Assembly (NCBI GenBank): GCA_951406725.2 | Contig: OX597814.1 | Coordinates: 68,324,001 to 68,388,000, forward strand | Direction of reading: 5' to 3' | DNA: 64,000 nucleotides | Origin: Octopus vulgaris | Lineage: Eukaryota | Position numbers and translations under genes: made by a program | In this document: positions 52,801 through 64,000 of the stretch, one piece after another | How positions within the stretch are numbered: the first letter of the stretch is position 1 | How the letters are laid out: each line of letters begins with the position of its first letter | Notes under the pieces: generated by a model | What the model saw: the letters and a program-made list of their open reading frames with translations, nothing else | The model's database searches: none | Told to the model about the DNA's origin: nothing

Positions 52801-53640
52801 AAGCAGAGAGCGAAGGTTTCATCCTGGCTGCTCAAGATCAAAGCCTATTAACCCATGAACTACCAGGCCAATGTGATGAAAAATGGAGCGGACCCAAAAT
52901 GCCGATTCTGCAACGACATGATTGAAACAGTGGACCACCTAATCTCTGGATGTAAAGTCTTAGCACCAGTGGAGTATAAATTAAGACATGGCAGAGTTGA
53001 CCAATGTCTCCACTGGCTAATAAGTCGGCATTACAATATCAAAACTGCCGACAAGTGGTATAATCACCACCCTGAAGCTGTAACTGAAGGAGAAAATGTA
53101 ACCATTCTGTGGGACTTTCCAGTACATACAGACCGAACCATCAAGGCCAATAAACCAGATATTGTTGTGAAAGACCAAAACAATAAAGTTTGCTTATTGA
53201 TCGACATGAGCATCCCCTGTGATCATAATATCTCAGCGAAAGAGTTTGACAAGCTCAGAAAATATAAAGACCTACTCATTGAAATTGAGAAAATGTGGCA
53301 TCTCAAGGCGGTTACAATACCAGTGATCGTAGGAGCACTAGGAATGATCAAGAAGGGAACCGAAAATTATATGAGAATGATCCCTGGATTACCATCCCTG
53401 CAAGAAGTGCAAAAGATTGTCTTAACTGGTACATCACACGTATTGAGAAGAGCATTGTCGTTGTGAGAACTGTTGCTGCTCATGTATTTTAATTTAGCTT
53501 AAAAAAAATTTAAAAAAATGAACGAACTATTGAGTTTGGTTTAATGGCCTACCAATGTATACTATGAGTTTCTTTGCCCTAGGAGTCGGGAAGACACTCG
53601 GCAAGAAATGGAAGCAAATTTGAAAGAAGAAAAAAAAAAT
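49829..53640 (+). mobile_element. Near-intact R4/Dong-type LINE, family A (single ORF with one stop and about two frameshifts)
   Basis: ORF pieces 49775-50410, 50449-51096, 51036-52925 and 52855-53466. RT motif YMDD, zinc finger CRFCND..ETVDHLISGC and RLE motif KPDIVV..LID. It abuts (TAA)n. Confidence 0.95.
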
Positions 53641-53669
53641 AATAATAATAATAATGATAATAATAATAA

Positions 53670-56500
53670 CAAACAAACCCTGTGTATAAATAACATCCAA
53701 AACAAAATACAAAAAATAAGAAAAGATCTGTCGATTCTTAATGAAATCAGTAGACAATGAACGCTACTGAGCAACAAAAAGAAAACAAAAATACTCCGCA
53801 AATACAACATCACACAAAAAGATTTACCTGAGATAAAAGAAAAGCTAAAGCAAGATATCCTTGCCAAAGCACAAAGGATCCGCCGGTACGAGAAACGCCA
53901 GCGCTTCTTTGAACAAAACAAAATTTCAACTCCAACCTCAAAAAGTTCTACCAAGAACTTGGCAAAAATAAAATAGAAATTACTGCAGCACCAACGACAG
54001 AAGAAGTGGAAGAATTCTGGAGAGAAATATGGTCGGCGAACGAACAACCAAAAGAAAAAAGGAGTATTGAAATAACAAATTCAGCATTTGAGCAACTTTG
54101 GACCCCCATAACAACTGAAGAGGTCACCCAGGCACTGCAAAGACTAAGCAACTGGGCATGACAAGATCCCCAACTTCTGGTTGAAATATCTAACAGGAAT
54201 GCACAAAAAGCTGGCTGAAAATTTTAACAACATACTAGCAGAGCCAGAGACAATGCCTGAATGGCTCACGAAGGGGAAAACCATCTTAATTCCCAAATCA
54301 AATGAGACAGCAAAACCAGAAAACTACAGACCAATAACCTGTCTCCCAAAATGTACAAGGCATTTACTGCAGTGATATCGCAAAGGTTGAACAAGCACCT
54401 GGACGAAAACAACCTGTTTCCAGAAGAGCAGAAAGGATGCCGCAAGGGCTCATACGGCTGTAAAGATCAACTAATGATCAATAAAGCCATAACTGAAGAC
54501 AGCCACAGAAAGAAGAAAGGCCTCAGTATGGCCTGGATTGACTACAAAAAGGCGTTTGATAGCATCCCCCACACATGGATCCTCGAAACACTAGCTATTA
54601 ACAAAGTAGCACCAACAATTATAAAATTCATTGGGCACTCTATGAATAAATGGCAAACAGTGCTACAGCTCCAAACAAAAGAGGGACTCATGAAAACCAA
54701 AGCCATCCCCATTAGAAGAGGAATATTCCATGGAGACACGCTCTCTCCACTCCTTTTCTGCTTGGCACTGTCACCTCTACCTGATATGCTAAATAGAACT
54801 GGATGCGGATATAAATGTTACGGCAAAACGATCAGCCACCTTTTATATATGGATGACCTAAAACTATACGCTGCAAATGACAAACAGCTGGAAACACTAT
54901 TAAAGACAGTTCATGGATTTACCAAAGAAATAGATATGAAATTTGGATTAGAAAAATGCGCCAAAGTAACCATGAAAAGAGGAAAACTAGTTAAGAGTAG
55001 CAACATCACACTAGATAAAACCAATGAAATAAAAGAATTAGACCAAAGCCAAACTTACAAATACTTAGGAATCCATGAACTAGATAAGACACAACACACA
55101 CAAATGAAAGAGAAAACAAAAAAAGAATATTATAGACGAGTTAGATCAATACTAAAAACAGAGCTCAATGCTAAAAACAAGATAATAGGTATTAACACTT
55201 TAGCTGTCCCAGTTATAAGTTACAGCTACAATATCCTTAACTGAACACTAAATGAACTGACCAAAATAGATAGGAAAACAAGAAAAATAATTGACAGGGT
55301 CTAGGATGCATCACCCAAAATCTGACATAGAAAGACTATATATACAGCGTATAGAAGGTGGTAGAGGCCTTATACAGCTGGAAAACTACTATAAAATAAC
55401 CACCTGCAAAAACATCTACTTCAGAAGGAAGGAAAACTGATACAAATAGCGGCAAAACACGAGCAAAACAAAAAACTGTTCTCAGTATTTAAGGAAGCTG
55501 ACAAATACAAACAAGAAATCATACCACCTAACAAATATAAAGAAGAAGAAAAAGAAGATGAAGAAACAACAAAAGCTATAAAACAAATGAAATCCAAACT
55601 AAAACTAGAACAGCAAAGAACCATGATAAAACGATGGCAAGAAAACCCCTCCACGGTAAATACTGGACTAAACTAAATGCAAAAGAAATAGACAAAGAAA
55701 AATCCCAGCAATGGTTGAGAAGCTCGGGACTCAAAGCAGAGACAGAGGGATTTTTAATTGCAGCACAAGACCAAAGCCTCCCCACCAGAAATTACCAAAA
55801 ACATATAATGAAAAGAAATATAACAAGTAACTGCAGAATATGTGGAGATGGACAAGAAACAATAAATCATATTATCTCTGGCTGCCCAGTCCTGGCTAAG
55901 AAGGAGTATATTCACAGACACGACAGAGTTGGGACCTACATACACTGGAAGCTATGCCAACAGTATGGAATAACAGCATAAAAAAGATGGTATAGGCACA
56001 CACCAGAAAAGGTCACAGAAAATGAGAAAGCAACCATACTCTGGGATATGCCAATATACACAGATAGAGAAATTAAGGCCAACAGACTAGATATAGTTGT
56101 CAGAGATCATGAAGGAAAAAAATGCTTTCTAATTGATGTATCAATACCGGCAGATGACAACGTGTCTCTAAAAGAAATGGAGAAACTTTCAAAATACAAA
56201 GACCCGGAAATGGAGGTAACCAGAATGTGGAATCTAAAAACAGAAACAATTCCTATCATAGTAGGTGCATTAGGCATGATAAAGAAATATTCAGACAAAT
56301 ACATAACAAAAACACCAGGACTTACAAACACATATAACATACAGAAAATTGCACTACTAGGCACTGCACACATCCTACGCAGAACACTTTCCATACAATA
56401 ACCATCAGAGCATCACAACAAATCACAGCACATACCCAAGGCACACAGAGCTGCGCTCGGTAGTGAAGTGAAAGCACGCTATAAAAATAAAACTACTGAA
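53670..56500 (+). mobile_element. 5'-truncated R4/Dong-type LINE, family C
   Basis: EQKGCRKGSYGCKDQL, YMDDLKLY, CRICG..ETINHIISGC and NRLDIVV..LIDVSIP. Bounded by (TAA)n on both sides. Confidence 0.93.
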
Positions 56501-56538
56501 TAATAATAATAATAATAATAATTATAATAATAATGATG

Positions 56539-56614
<76 letters not shown>

Positions 56615-56632
56615 TGATAATAATAAATAATA

Positions 56633-57190
56633 AATGCCTTGATGCAGTACCAGACAGTGGCTCCCGTGGCTTCTAATCTTAACTGATTGGAAGTGTTATC
56701 ATGTAAATTGTTTGTCTTGGTATAAAAGATGGGCCACAGCAAATATTCTGCTCAATACCACAGATTTGCTTGTCAGTTGTTTGACCTTAACCAGTTGAGC
56801 ATGTCCCTTAGTGGCTGACAATATGTGCATCTCTGATCACGAGTAGAAGTAGTGGGGAGCATCATAGCCATGTGTTGAGAGGGATTCTTTGGGGATTTGG
56901 ATAATTAACCCTTGGAAACATCGGTGTTTCGTTCAACATCCTTAAACAACCCTTATTTAGGGACCTTTTGAGCGGGATGGGTTACTCGACCAGAAGAAAA
57001 TTCTAACTGTGCCCCACCTGCAAATTCATGTGCTGTTTATCTTGATATGAGATCACCATGTCGCACACATGTGGTTGTGATGCATGTGCCTTGTGTACCC
57101 TTATCAGACGGGTAGTCATGACTGGTATACTGGGCTTCGTATATTTTATCCCAGTGTCACTTGATGGGATGCACTGCTCTTTCACTCAAT
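56633..57190. repeat. Non-coding interspersed repeat flanked by (TAA)n; partial second copy at about 59090-59400
   Basis: Shared sequence cagggaccttttga.cgggatggg.tactcgaccagaagaaaattctaactg...cagacgggtagtcatga...cagtgtcac. Confidence 0.75.
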
Positions 57191-57200
57191 AATAATAATG

Positions 57201-57279
<79 letters not shown>

Positions 57280-57289
57280 CAACAACAAC

Positions 57290-58539
57290 ATCAATAAGAT
57301 GATCTTGGAAGATTTCACAAATGACACAAAAACTTGTCGATTAAGAAATGTCTGAAAATGTATAAAATAATAGCATCTACTCTGCGAAACTTCTTGTCTG
57401 TAAGTATAAAATCATGGAGAACCACACTGATTTTGAATCGTGACAATGAATCTCTTAATACTGGAGATGTAAGAATAAATGTACAAAAGTTACTTTTATC
57501 AAAGGAAAAATCACAAAAACATCCAACGTTAACCTTGACCAACAGAATGTTATAAAGGAGTTAGAACCAGCGGAGAGCTCCAAATCCCTAGAGGTATTTC
57601 AAAGTGATGGAATCAAACATTCAATGACGAGGGAAAGGATCAGAAGATAATGTTATCGCAGTGTAAGGGCAATACTCAAGACAGAGCTGAATGCAGGGAA
57701 CAGGATCGAAGCGATCAATACCTTAGCCATACTTGTCTCCACTTACAGTTTCAATATCATTAACTGGTAAATTACTGAAATATGTAATCTTGACAGAAAG
57801 ATACAAAACTTGTTGACAATGCATAGAATACACCACCCTAAGGCAGATACAGTACGACTTTACCTGCTAAGAAAAGAGGGTGGCCGTGGATTTTAAAAAC
57901 TGGAATTAACAATGAAGATTGCCACAATTGGCCTCAACACCTACCTGAAAATCTCTGATGACTAGATGTTAAAACTTGTCTTAAACCACCTCCAATGCTT
58001 GAAAATGACTACATCTTACTCCTCTGGAACTTCACCATTCAAACTGACAGAAAGATAGATGCGAATAGGCCAGACATTATATTGAAAGACTTCAGAAAAA
58101 AAACATGCCTCCTCATTGATATGACTGTCCCAATCGATATAAACGTATCCGTCAAGACCTATCAAAAACTGAGCAAATGTAAAGATCTTGAAATAGAAAC
58201 AATCCCTAAAACAATCCTTGTTGTCATAGTTGCCCTAGGAATGATAGCAAAAGGGGCTGATTGCTACCTAGCTCAGATACGAGGAAACATCAAAATGGCA
58301 GAAATTCAAAAGATAGTGCTCATGGGAACTGCCCATATCCTACATAACATACTGTCTATGTAATCTCAAATTTTAAAACAAACTTATAATTTTCTTGTTT
58401 TCTAGAACAATACAACGTGCAAAACCAAATATAGGTCACCCTAGGTATAACACCAACTTGAACTCCTAACGTTTTGTCTCCCGAGGTCTCTGGGTGAGAC
58501 TTGAAATCAACTTGTACAAATACAAAGCAAAAGTCAAAC

Positions 58540-58608
<69 letters not shown>

Positions 58609-59090
58609 AAATCTGAAACATAGCAGCTCAAGATCAATGCCTACCAACAAGGAACTACCAGACCAACATATTAAAGAACGGCAGTAGACCAACATGTCGT
58701 GTATGTCAACAACAAAATGAAACCATTGATCATGTTGACTCGAAGTGCTGTCTTCTAACGCCTACAGAGTATCTCAACAGGCATGATAGAGCTGCACAAT
58801 ATGTTCACTGGGTAATTTGCAAAAACCTGCAAAAACCCCATGAAAAAAAACTGGTGGGAACACAAACCACCTCCAGTGCTTGAAAATGACCACATCTCAC
58901 TCCTCTGGAACTTCACAATTCAACCTGACAGAAAGATAGATGCAAATAGGCTAGACATCATATTGAAAGACATCAGACAAAGAACATGCCTCCTCATTGA
59001 TATGACTGTCTCAATCGATATTCCAAAACCTGAGCAAATATAAAGATCTTGAAATAGAAATCAGCAAAATGTGGAACCTGAAGACTAAAA
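57290..59090 (+). mobile_element. Two deleted family-B R4/Dong fragments separated by (TAA)n
   Basis: Homologous to 45100-47180; MLENDxIxLLWNFTIQxDRKIDANR occurs in both. Confidence 0.85.
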
Positions 59091-59399
59091 CATCTCTGAT
59101 CATGAGCAGAAGTAGGGGAGGGAGCATCAGAGGTTTGGATAATTCACCTTTGGAAACATGGGTGGTTCGTTCCACATCCTTAAACAACCCTTATTCAGGG
59201 ACCTTTTGATCGGGATGGGCTACTCGACCAGAAGAAAATTCTAACTGGACTCCACCTGCAAGGTCATGCGCTGTTTATCCTGATATGAGATCACCATGTC
59301 GCGCACATATGGTTGTGATGCATGTGTCTAGTGTACCCTTGTCAGACGGGTAGTCATGATGGGTATACTGGGCTTCGTATATTTTACCACAGTGTCACC

Positions 59400-59760
59400 A
59401 TGCAAGTCTGATATATAAAAGTAAATCTTATACGGTAGTCCATCCAGACTAGGAGAATTGCTCCTGTACAGCTCATCATCACTTTTGTATTTCCGCGGCT
59501 GTTATAGGCATTTCGCAAGGTTCCGTCCTTTTGCAGAGAGTAGTGGCATGCCGTCGAGTAGGCACTGAAATCTATCCTGCGTTCTGGACTGTCATTCGTC
59601 CCAAATAGTTGGGCGAAGTGTTGTTGAAACGCCGCACACATCTGCTCGGGATCGAGTACTGAGCACCTATTTTGGTCCACTAAAAACCAAGTTGTGGCTT
59701 TGTTTCCATGTTGCGCATCTGTTACTCAGGTCTATTGAGCAGCTTCCGTTCCTCCTTATT
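59400..59760 (-). mobile_element. L1/Tx1-like ORF2 fragment
   Basis: DQNRCSVLDPEQMCAAFQQHFAQLFG resembles DEQDRKIYGQEEMQKVLHQHFARLFG at about 29870. Confidence 0.6.
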
Positions 59761-59779
59761 TTAGCTCTGAAAATGAAAC

Positions 59780-61600
59780 AATAATAAGAAAATCTATTGT
59801 CAAGGAAACAAAAAGCATGCAGGAAGAAATCAAGAGGAACTGCTCTGCTATATATGGATAGTAGACTATTAAATTAGGTACGAGTAAAGAAGAATTTAGC
59901 TGCTGGATGGATGGATTACAGAAAGGCTTGCGACAATGTCACACACACAGTTGGCTCTTGGATTATCTTAGGACGCTCTGAGGCAATGAGAAGAAAAACA
60001 ATTTATTGGAAAAAGCAATGAGGTTTTGGGAAGCAGAACTGACATATGCTAGACAATCTGAAAATATGCAGGGTAAATTTCAAGGGAGACTAGCTCTCTC
60101 CATTATTCTTCGCCATTGCACAAATCCCTCTGACAAGTATACTGAGAAAATCTAGGCATGCCTATGTGCTAACTAAATCCAAGATGAAAATAAATCGTCT
60201 ACCTTGTATAGGTTATCTCAAGATGTATACATCAAACTTAGACTCTTTGGTTCAAACAGTGTGGATATTCAGTTAAAAAACTGGAATGCAGTTTGTGGTA
60301 AACAAGTGCACTGTACAAATTATTAAGAGTGGTCGGAAGATAAACTCTGATGGCATAAAATTACCACATGACAATATCATAAGATCGTTGTGGAATAATA
60401 AGGTACAAATAACTAGGTTTTGCTGCAGAACGATAGCATAATGGGGGCGGGGGTGAAATAATAGAGGAGGTCACTAAAAGGTACAAGAGGAAAATTAGAA
60501 AGGTGCTCGAAACAAACATCATCAAAACCAAAAATACATATGAGATATACTGCTCCCTTTCTGAATTTAACAAAGGCTGAACTATAGAACTTGGGTAGAA
60601 AAACTAGAAAGTCCCTCACAATATACAACGCACTTCGCCCTAAAAGCAATACCTGAGTGGCTCTACCTACCAAGAAATGAAGGTTGTAGGGGATTACAAA
60701 ACGAAGATGACACTGTTAATACTACAATACTAGTTCTGAAAAATTGCAGAGTAAAAAAACAGTAATATGCAAAGTGAAGAAAGAATACTGTCGGCAGCAA
60801 AAGATACCAAACATGTGATCGAAACAGTAGGAGAATTTAAAGAGAAAAGGAAGAACAATGTAAGCAACTGCAAAGAAATAGCATTACATGGACAATTCAT
60901 GCAAAAACAAACGCGCGAGTAAGGGAAATAAAGATGACTGGCTCTGGGTGATGGATAGAAACTTGAAACGAGAGACAGAAACGCTAATCATAGTCGCTCA
61001 GAAACAAACCCTTAGAACAAATCTAATAAAGGTAGAGATCGGTAAATCTTAGTGACATAGCAAATGCAGGAAAGGAGATGAAAGGATCAGTTATCTTTTC
61101 AGTGTGTACAGTATACTAACACACAAAGAATAAATCGCAGACATGACTGTGTTGGCAAAAGATGTGCATTGGGATGTGGCTTCGAAACAACATAAAAGTG
61201 GTATGAGCTCAAACCAGAGGCTGTAATAGAAAATGAGAATTACAACAACTTGTGGGATTTTCCCCATAAAGATTGACCATACTATTGAAGCAAGAAGACC
61301 TTGTATGATCATAGAGGACAAAATAAACAGTGTAAGATCATAGATTTTGCAGTTCCCCATGACAGCACACGCGATACCAAAGAAACTAAAATAAACTGGA
61401 AATATCAGGATTTAGCCAGATAGCTGAGGAAACAATGGGAGACCAAGACAACAAATATTCCTGTAGTGATTGCTGAACACCTAAAATGAGACCTAAAAGA
61501 CTGAAAGAGATTGGAAATTGAAACTGTAGAAAAGTACCATCCTATATTCTGCAAGAACACCAAGGAAGCTTATTGAGAATTGAGAAAACTTGTTATCACC
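59780..61600 (+). mobile_element. Heavily decayed R4/Dong-type LINE
   Basis: WMDYRKACD, FQGRLALS.LFF and LHGQF, plus NLWDF..IEARRP remnants. Confidence 0.65.
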
Positions 61601-62201
61601 AAATAGCCAGATAAAATACCTGCTAACTAAATTGACATGCACTAGCGTAAACATATTTTCAAATTTTGGCACAAAGCCAGCAAATTCAAACGAGGAGCTA
61701 AGTCAATCACAGCGATCCCAGTACTGAACTAGTAGTTATTTAACCGTCCCCGAAACTATGAAAAGCCCTAAGAGTAATAATAATAATAAACTTGTAATTT
61801 GGTCTTTCGAAATCGATGCCGGGAACATGATGTTGTTCTTATATGCTCACATTTTATTGTACAACAATAGACACCGTATTGGGATTAAACAGAACAAGCC
61901 TGTTATAGCCTTTTAAATAGTTCACGATTGCTGTATTTCACTTGTCACTTTATCACTTGTACTTCAAAAGCCTGTCGGTTGCGATGTTTTTTTCCGACAG
62001 CTTCTTTGTATAAACCTATTAAATTACCGTCTAACCTAACATTTTTTACTGCGTGTCTTTACTGAACCTAAGATGTTTTATTCTAATCTTCCACTTAAAA
62101 ATCTTTATACTTATTAATGAACATATTTAATAGGGCTGCACCTATCCCGAATGCGTAAGTTGAAAACCAGCAAGTAGAAATTGTACTCTGCGCGATCCAC
62201 A

Positions 62202-62232
62202 TCCACTAATCATTTCTATAAAAGGCAGGATG

Positions 62233-62270
<38 letters not shown>

Positions 62271-63348
62271 TGATTGTAATTTAGGCACGTCCACAAATTA
62301 GCACGCATGTAGCTCAAATTTTAGGAGGACATTTGTCAACATCCTATCTGGGTTTTGTCAACTTATTTTTTCCCGAGGCACCCACGAATAGGGTAAAAAC
62401 CTATTTTCAACCATTTTCAACCATAGCTTTTAACCATAACAAATATCAGCCATTGGTTTTTGATGGCGTCTAACAAAGAAAATAAGATAAAGAAAAGGGG
62501 AAGAAGGAGGCGGAGAGTTTCACAGGAAAGACAAAGTGAGAGGGAGAGAGAGAGAGAGCCATTGCTTTTTTGACGGCGTCTAAAAAAAATAAAATAGATA
62601 AAGGAAAGTGAAAGAAGGAGGCAGACGGTTTCACGGGAAAGACAAAGTGAGAGAGGGAGAGAGAGAGTCATTGCTTTTTTGATAGCGTCTAACAAAAAAA
62701 AAAAGAAATAAGATATAGAAAAGTGGAAGAAGGAGGCAGAGAGTTTCACGGGAAAGACAAAGTGAGAGAGGGAAAGAGAGAGTAAGTTATGACGTTCATA
62801 AAAAATAAAATGTAAAATGTTTTGTTTTTTGTTTTTGAAAGACACTATATTTTATAATCATAGTATATATTCTTTCTCACACAACAATTACAATATATTT
62901 ATTTTAAATCGTTCATCTTTCTCCCCCCTTACTCTCTCTCACACACATTACTTTGGGTGCGAAAGTGTTTTGTTTTTATTTTACGCCGAGTAAAAAAGTG
63001 TTTTGATGACAATCCATTTATTTAATAACAAAGAAACAAAGAGGTGAGTAACAATTTGTCAGTGAATTACACAATATAGATGGGTACAATTTGCGAGGCT
63101 TCCACCACACCTCACTCCGTTTCACGACCACAAAACGGGTTTTGAGGCCAGAGTAATTGATTTCACGCAAAAAAAAGATTTTGTTTTTCTTAGTGAAAAT
63201 CGTGCGAGTGTTAATCTACAAATTTAACATTTTTTCCATTCATTTCTGTTTATGAACATGTATGCGTGCACAAAACATGCAATAGGTGTACGTACGTACG
63301 TACGTGTGTGTATGTGTGTTCGTGTCTGTTGCCCATATATATTTATAT

Positions 63349-63386
<38 letters not shown>

Positions 63387-63509
63387 ACTAATTTCAACGG
63401 ATTTCGCCCAAATTTGACGTCTATATTACTTAGTTTGGTTTGAAATAAAGAACTTAATTAGCTTAATAATCGTAACTTAATCCCGGGCAAGGCCGGGTTA
63501 TACTGCTAG
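62202..63509 (+). mobile_element. Non-autonomous Helitron
   Basis: A|TCCACTAAT..TATAAAAGGCAG 5' end. The 3' hairpin cccgggcaaggccggg is followed by CTAG|T. Three internal tandem units of about 110-120 bp lie at 62447-62782. Confidence 0.75.
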
Positions 63510-63834
63510 TGTAAAATATTGATCGATACACCATCTGAAAAACCCACTGAGGATTTTCAAATTTCAATTTATTGCATTCGGGAAAGATATTGAAAACCTT
63601 TCACATATTTGCAAAAGCCTGGGCAGTTTTGACTGTTTACACTTTCACCTAATTTCCCAATCTTATTATGTGATTAAAATCACACCAGACATAAAGTAAC
63701 ACTGATGAAAAAGTATAAATGGTGTTTTTGACTAAGAAATATCAAACCACCGACTGAGTACAAAAAGATTGTCCTCTCGTTTAGACCAAATCTTTCAGAA
63801 ACAATGTGGGACAGAGGAAGTGGAGGATGCACTT

Positions 63835-63960
63835 CCCGGGAATTTTAGTTTTACTGATGCTCAATACATTAATTCTTAGTGTCTTCAGATCATTTAGAAA
63901 ATCTACTTGCAATTCTGCTGACTTCAAGACATTCACATTGTTGAATCCCATTTTCACAAT
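63835..63960 (-). mobile_element. Possible L1-like endonuclease N-terminal remnant
   Basis: The minus strand reads VKMGFNNVNVLKSAELQVDFLNDLKTLRINVLSISKTKI, similar to the ORF2 start at 28753. Confidence 0.4.
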
Positions 63961-64000
63961 ACGGCCGTAGATGAAAATGGGATATTACCGCGCTTTATAA

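Noticed and set aside
62447-62782. CRISPR-like repeat array
   Set aside because: Whole units are repeated without unique spacers; it is a minisatellite inside a Helitron in eukaryotic DNA.

Overview
This is AT-rich, repeat-dominated eukaryotic DNA. The SINE families, microsatellite load and LINE spectrum resemble an octopod cephalopod genome, which is an inference. The only host protein-coding signal is three spliced minus-strand exons of a CLC-family chloride channel/transporter (37779-37908, 25106-25186, 20977-21152), so most of the window is probably intronic. It also holds one tRNA-Phe(GAA) gene and a dense set of transposons. These include four Penelope-like retroelements (PLEs), two of them with inverted pseudo-LTRs, and L1/Tx1-like LINEs. 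There is also a head-to-tail cluster of (TAA)n-associated R4/Dong-type LINEs, RTE LINEs, an uninterrupted Tc1 (DD34E) element, mariner and Tigger relics, fold-back MITEs, a non-autonomous Helitron and SINEs. The most interesting signals are RNA-level. At least six distinct hammerhead-ribozyme (HHR) motifs are visible, two with a U3-A8 core covariation. An L1/Tx1-like element is joined twice, at the same junction, to an HHR-bearing structured repeat, once with an ORF1 cassette lying downstream of ORF2. A U_UUU_UUA slippery site joins an upstream ORF to the start-codon-less RT frame of a Neptune-like PLE. All calls were read by eye; no searches or folding programs were run.
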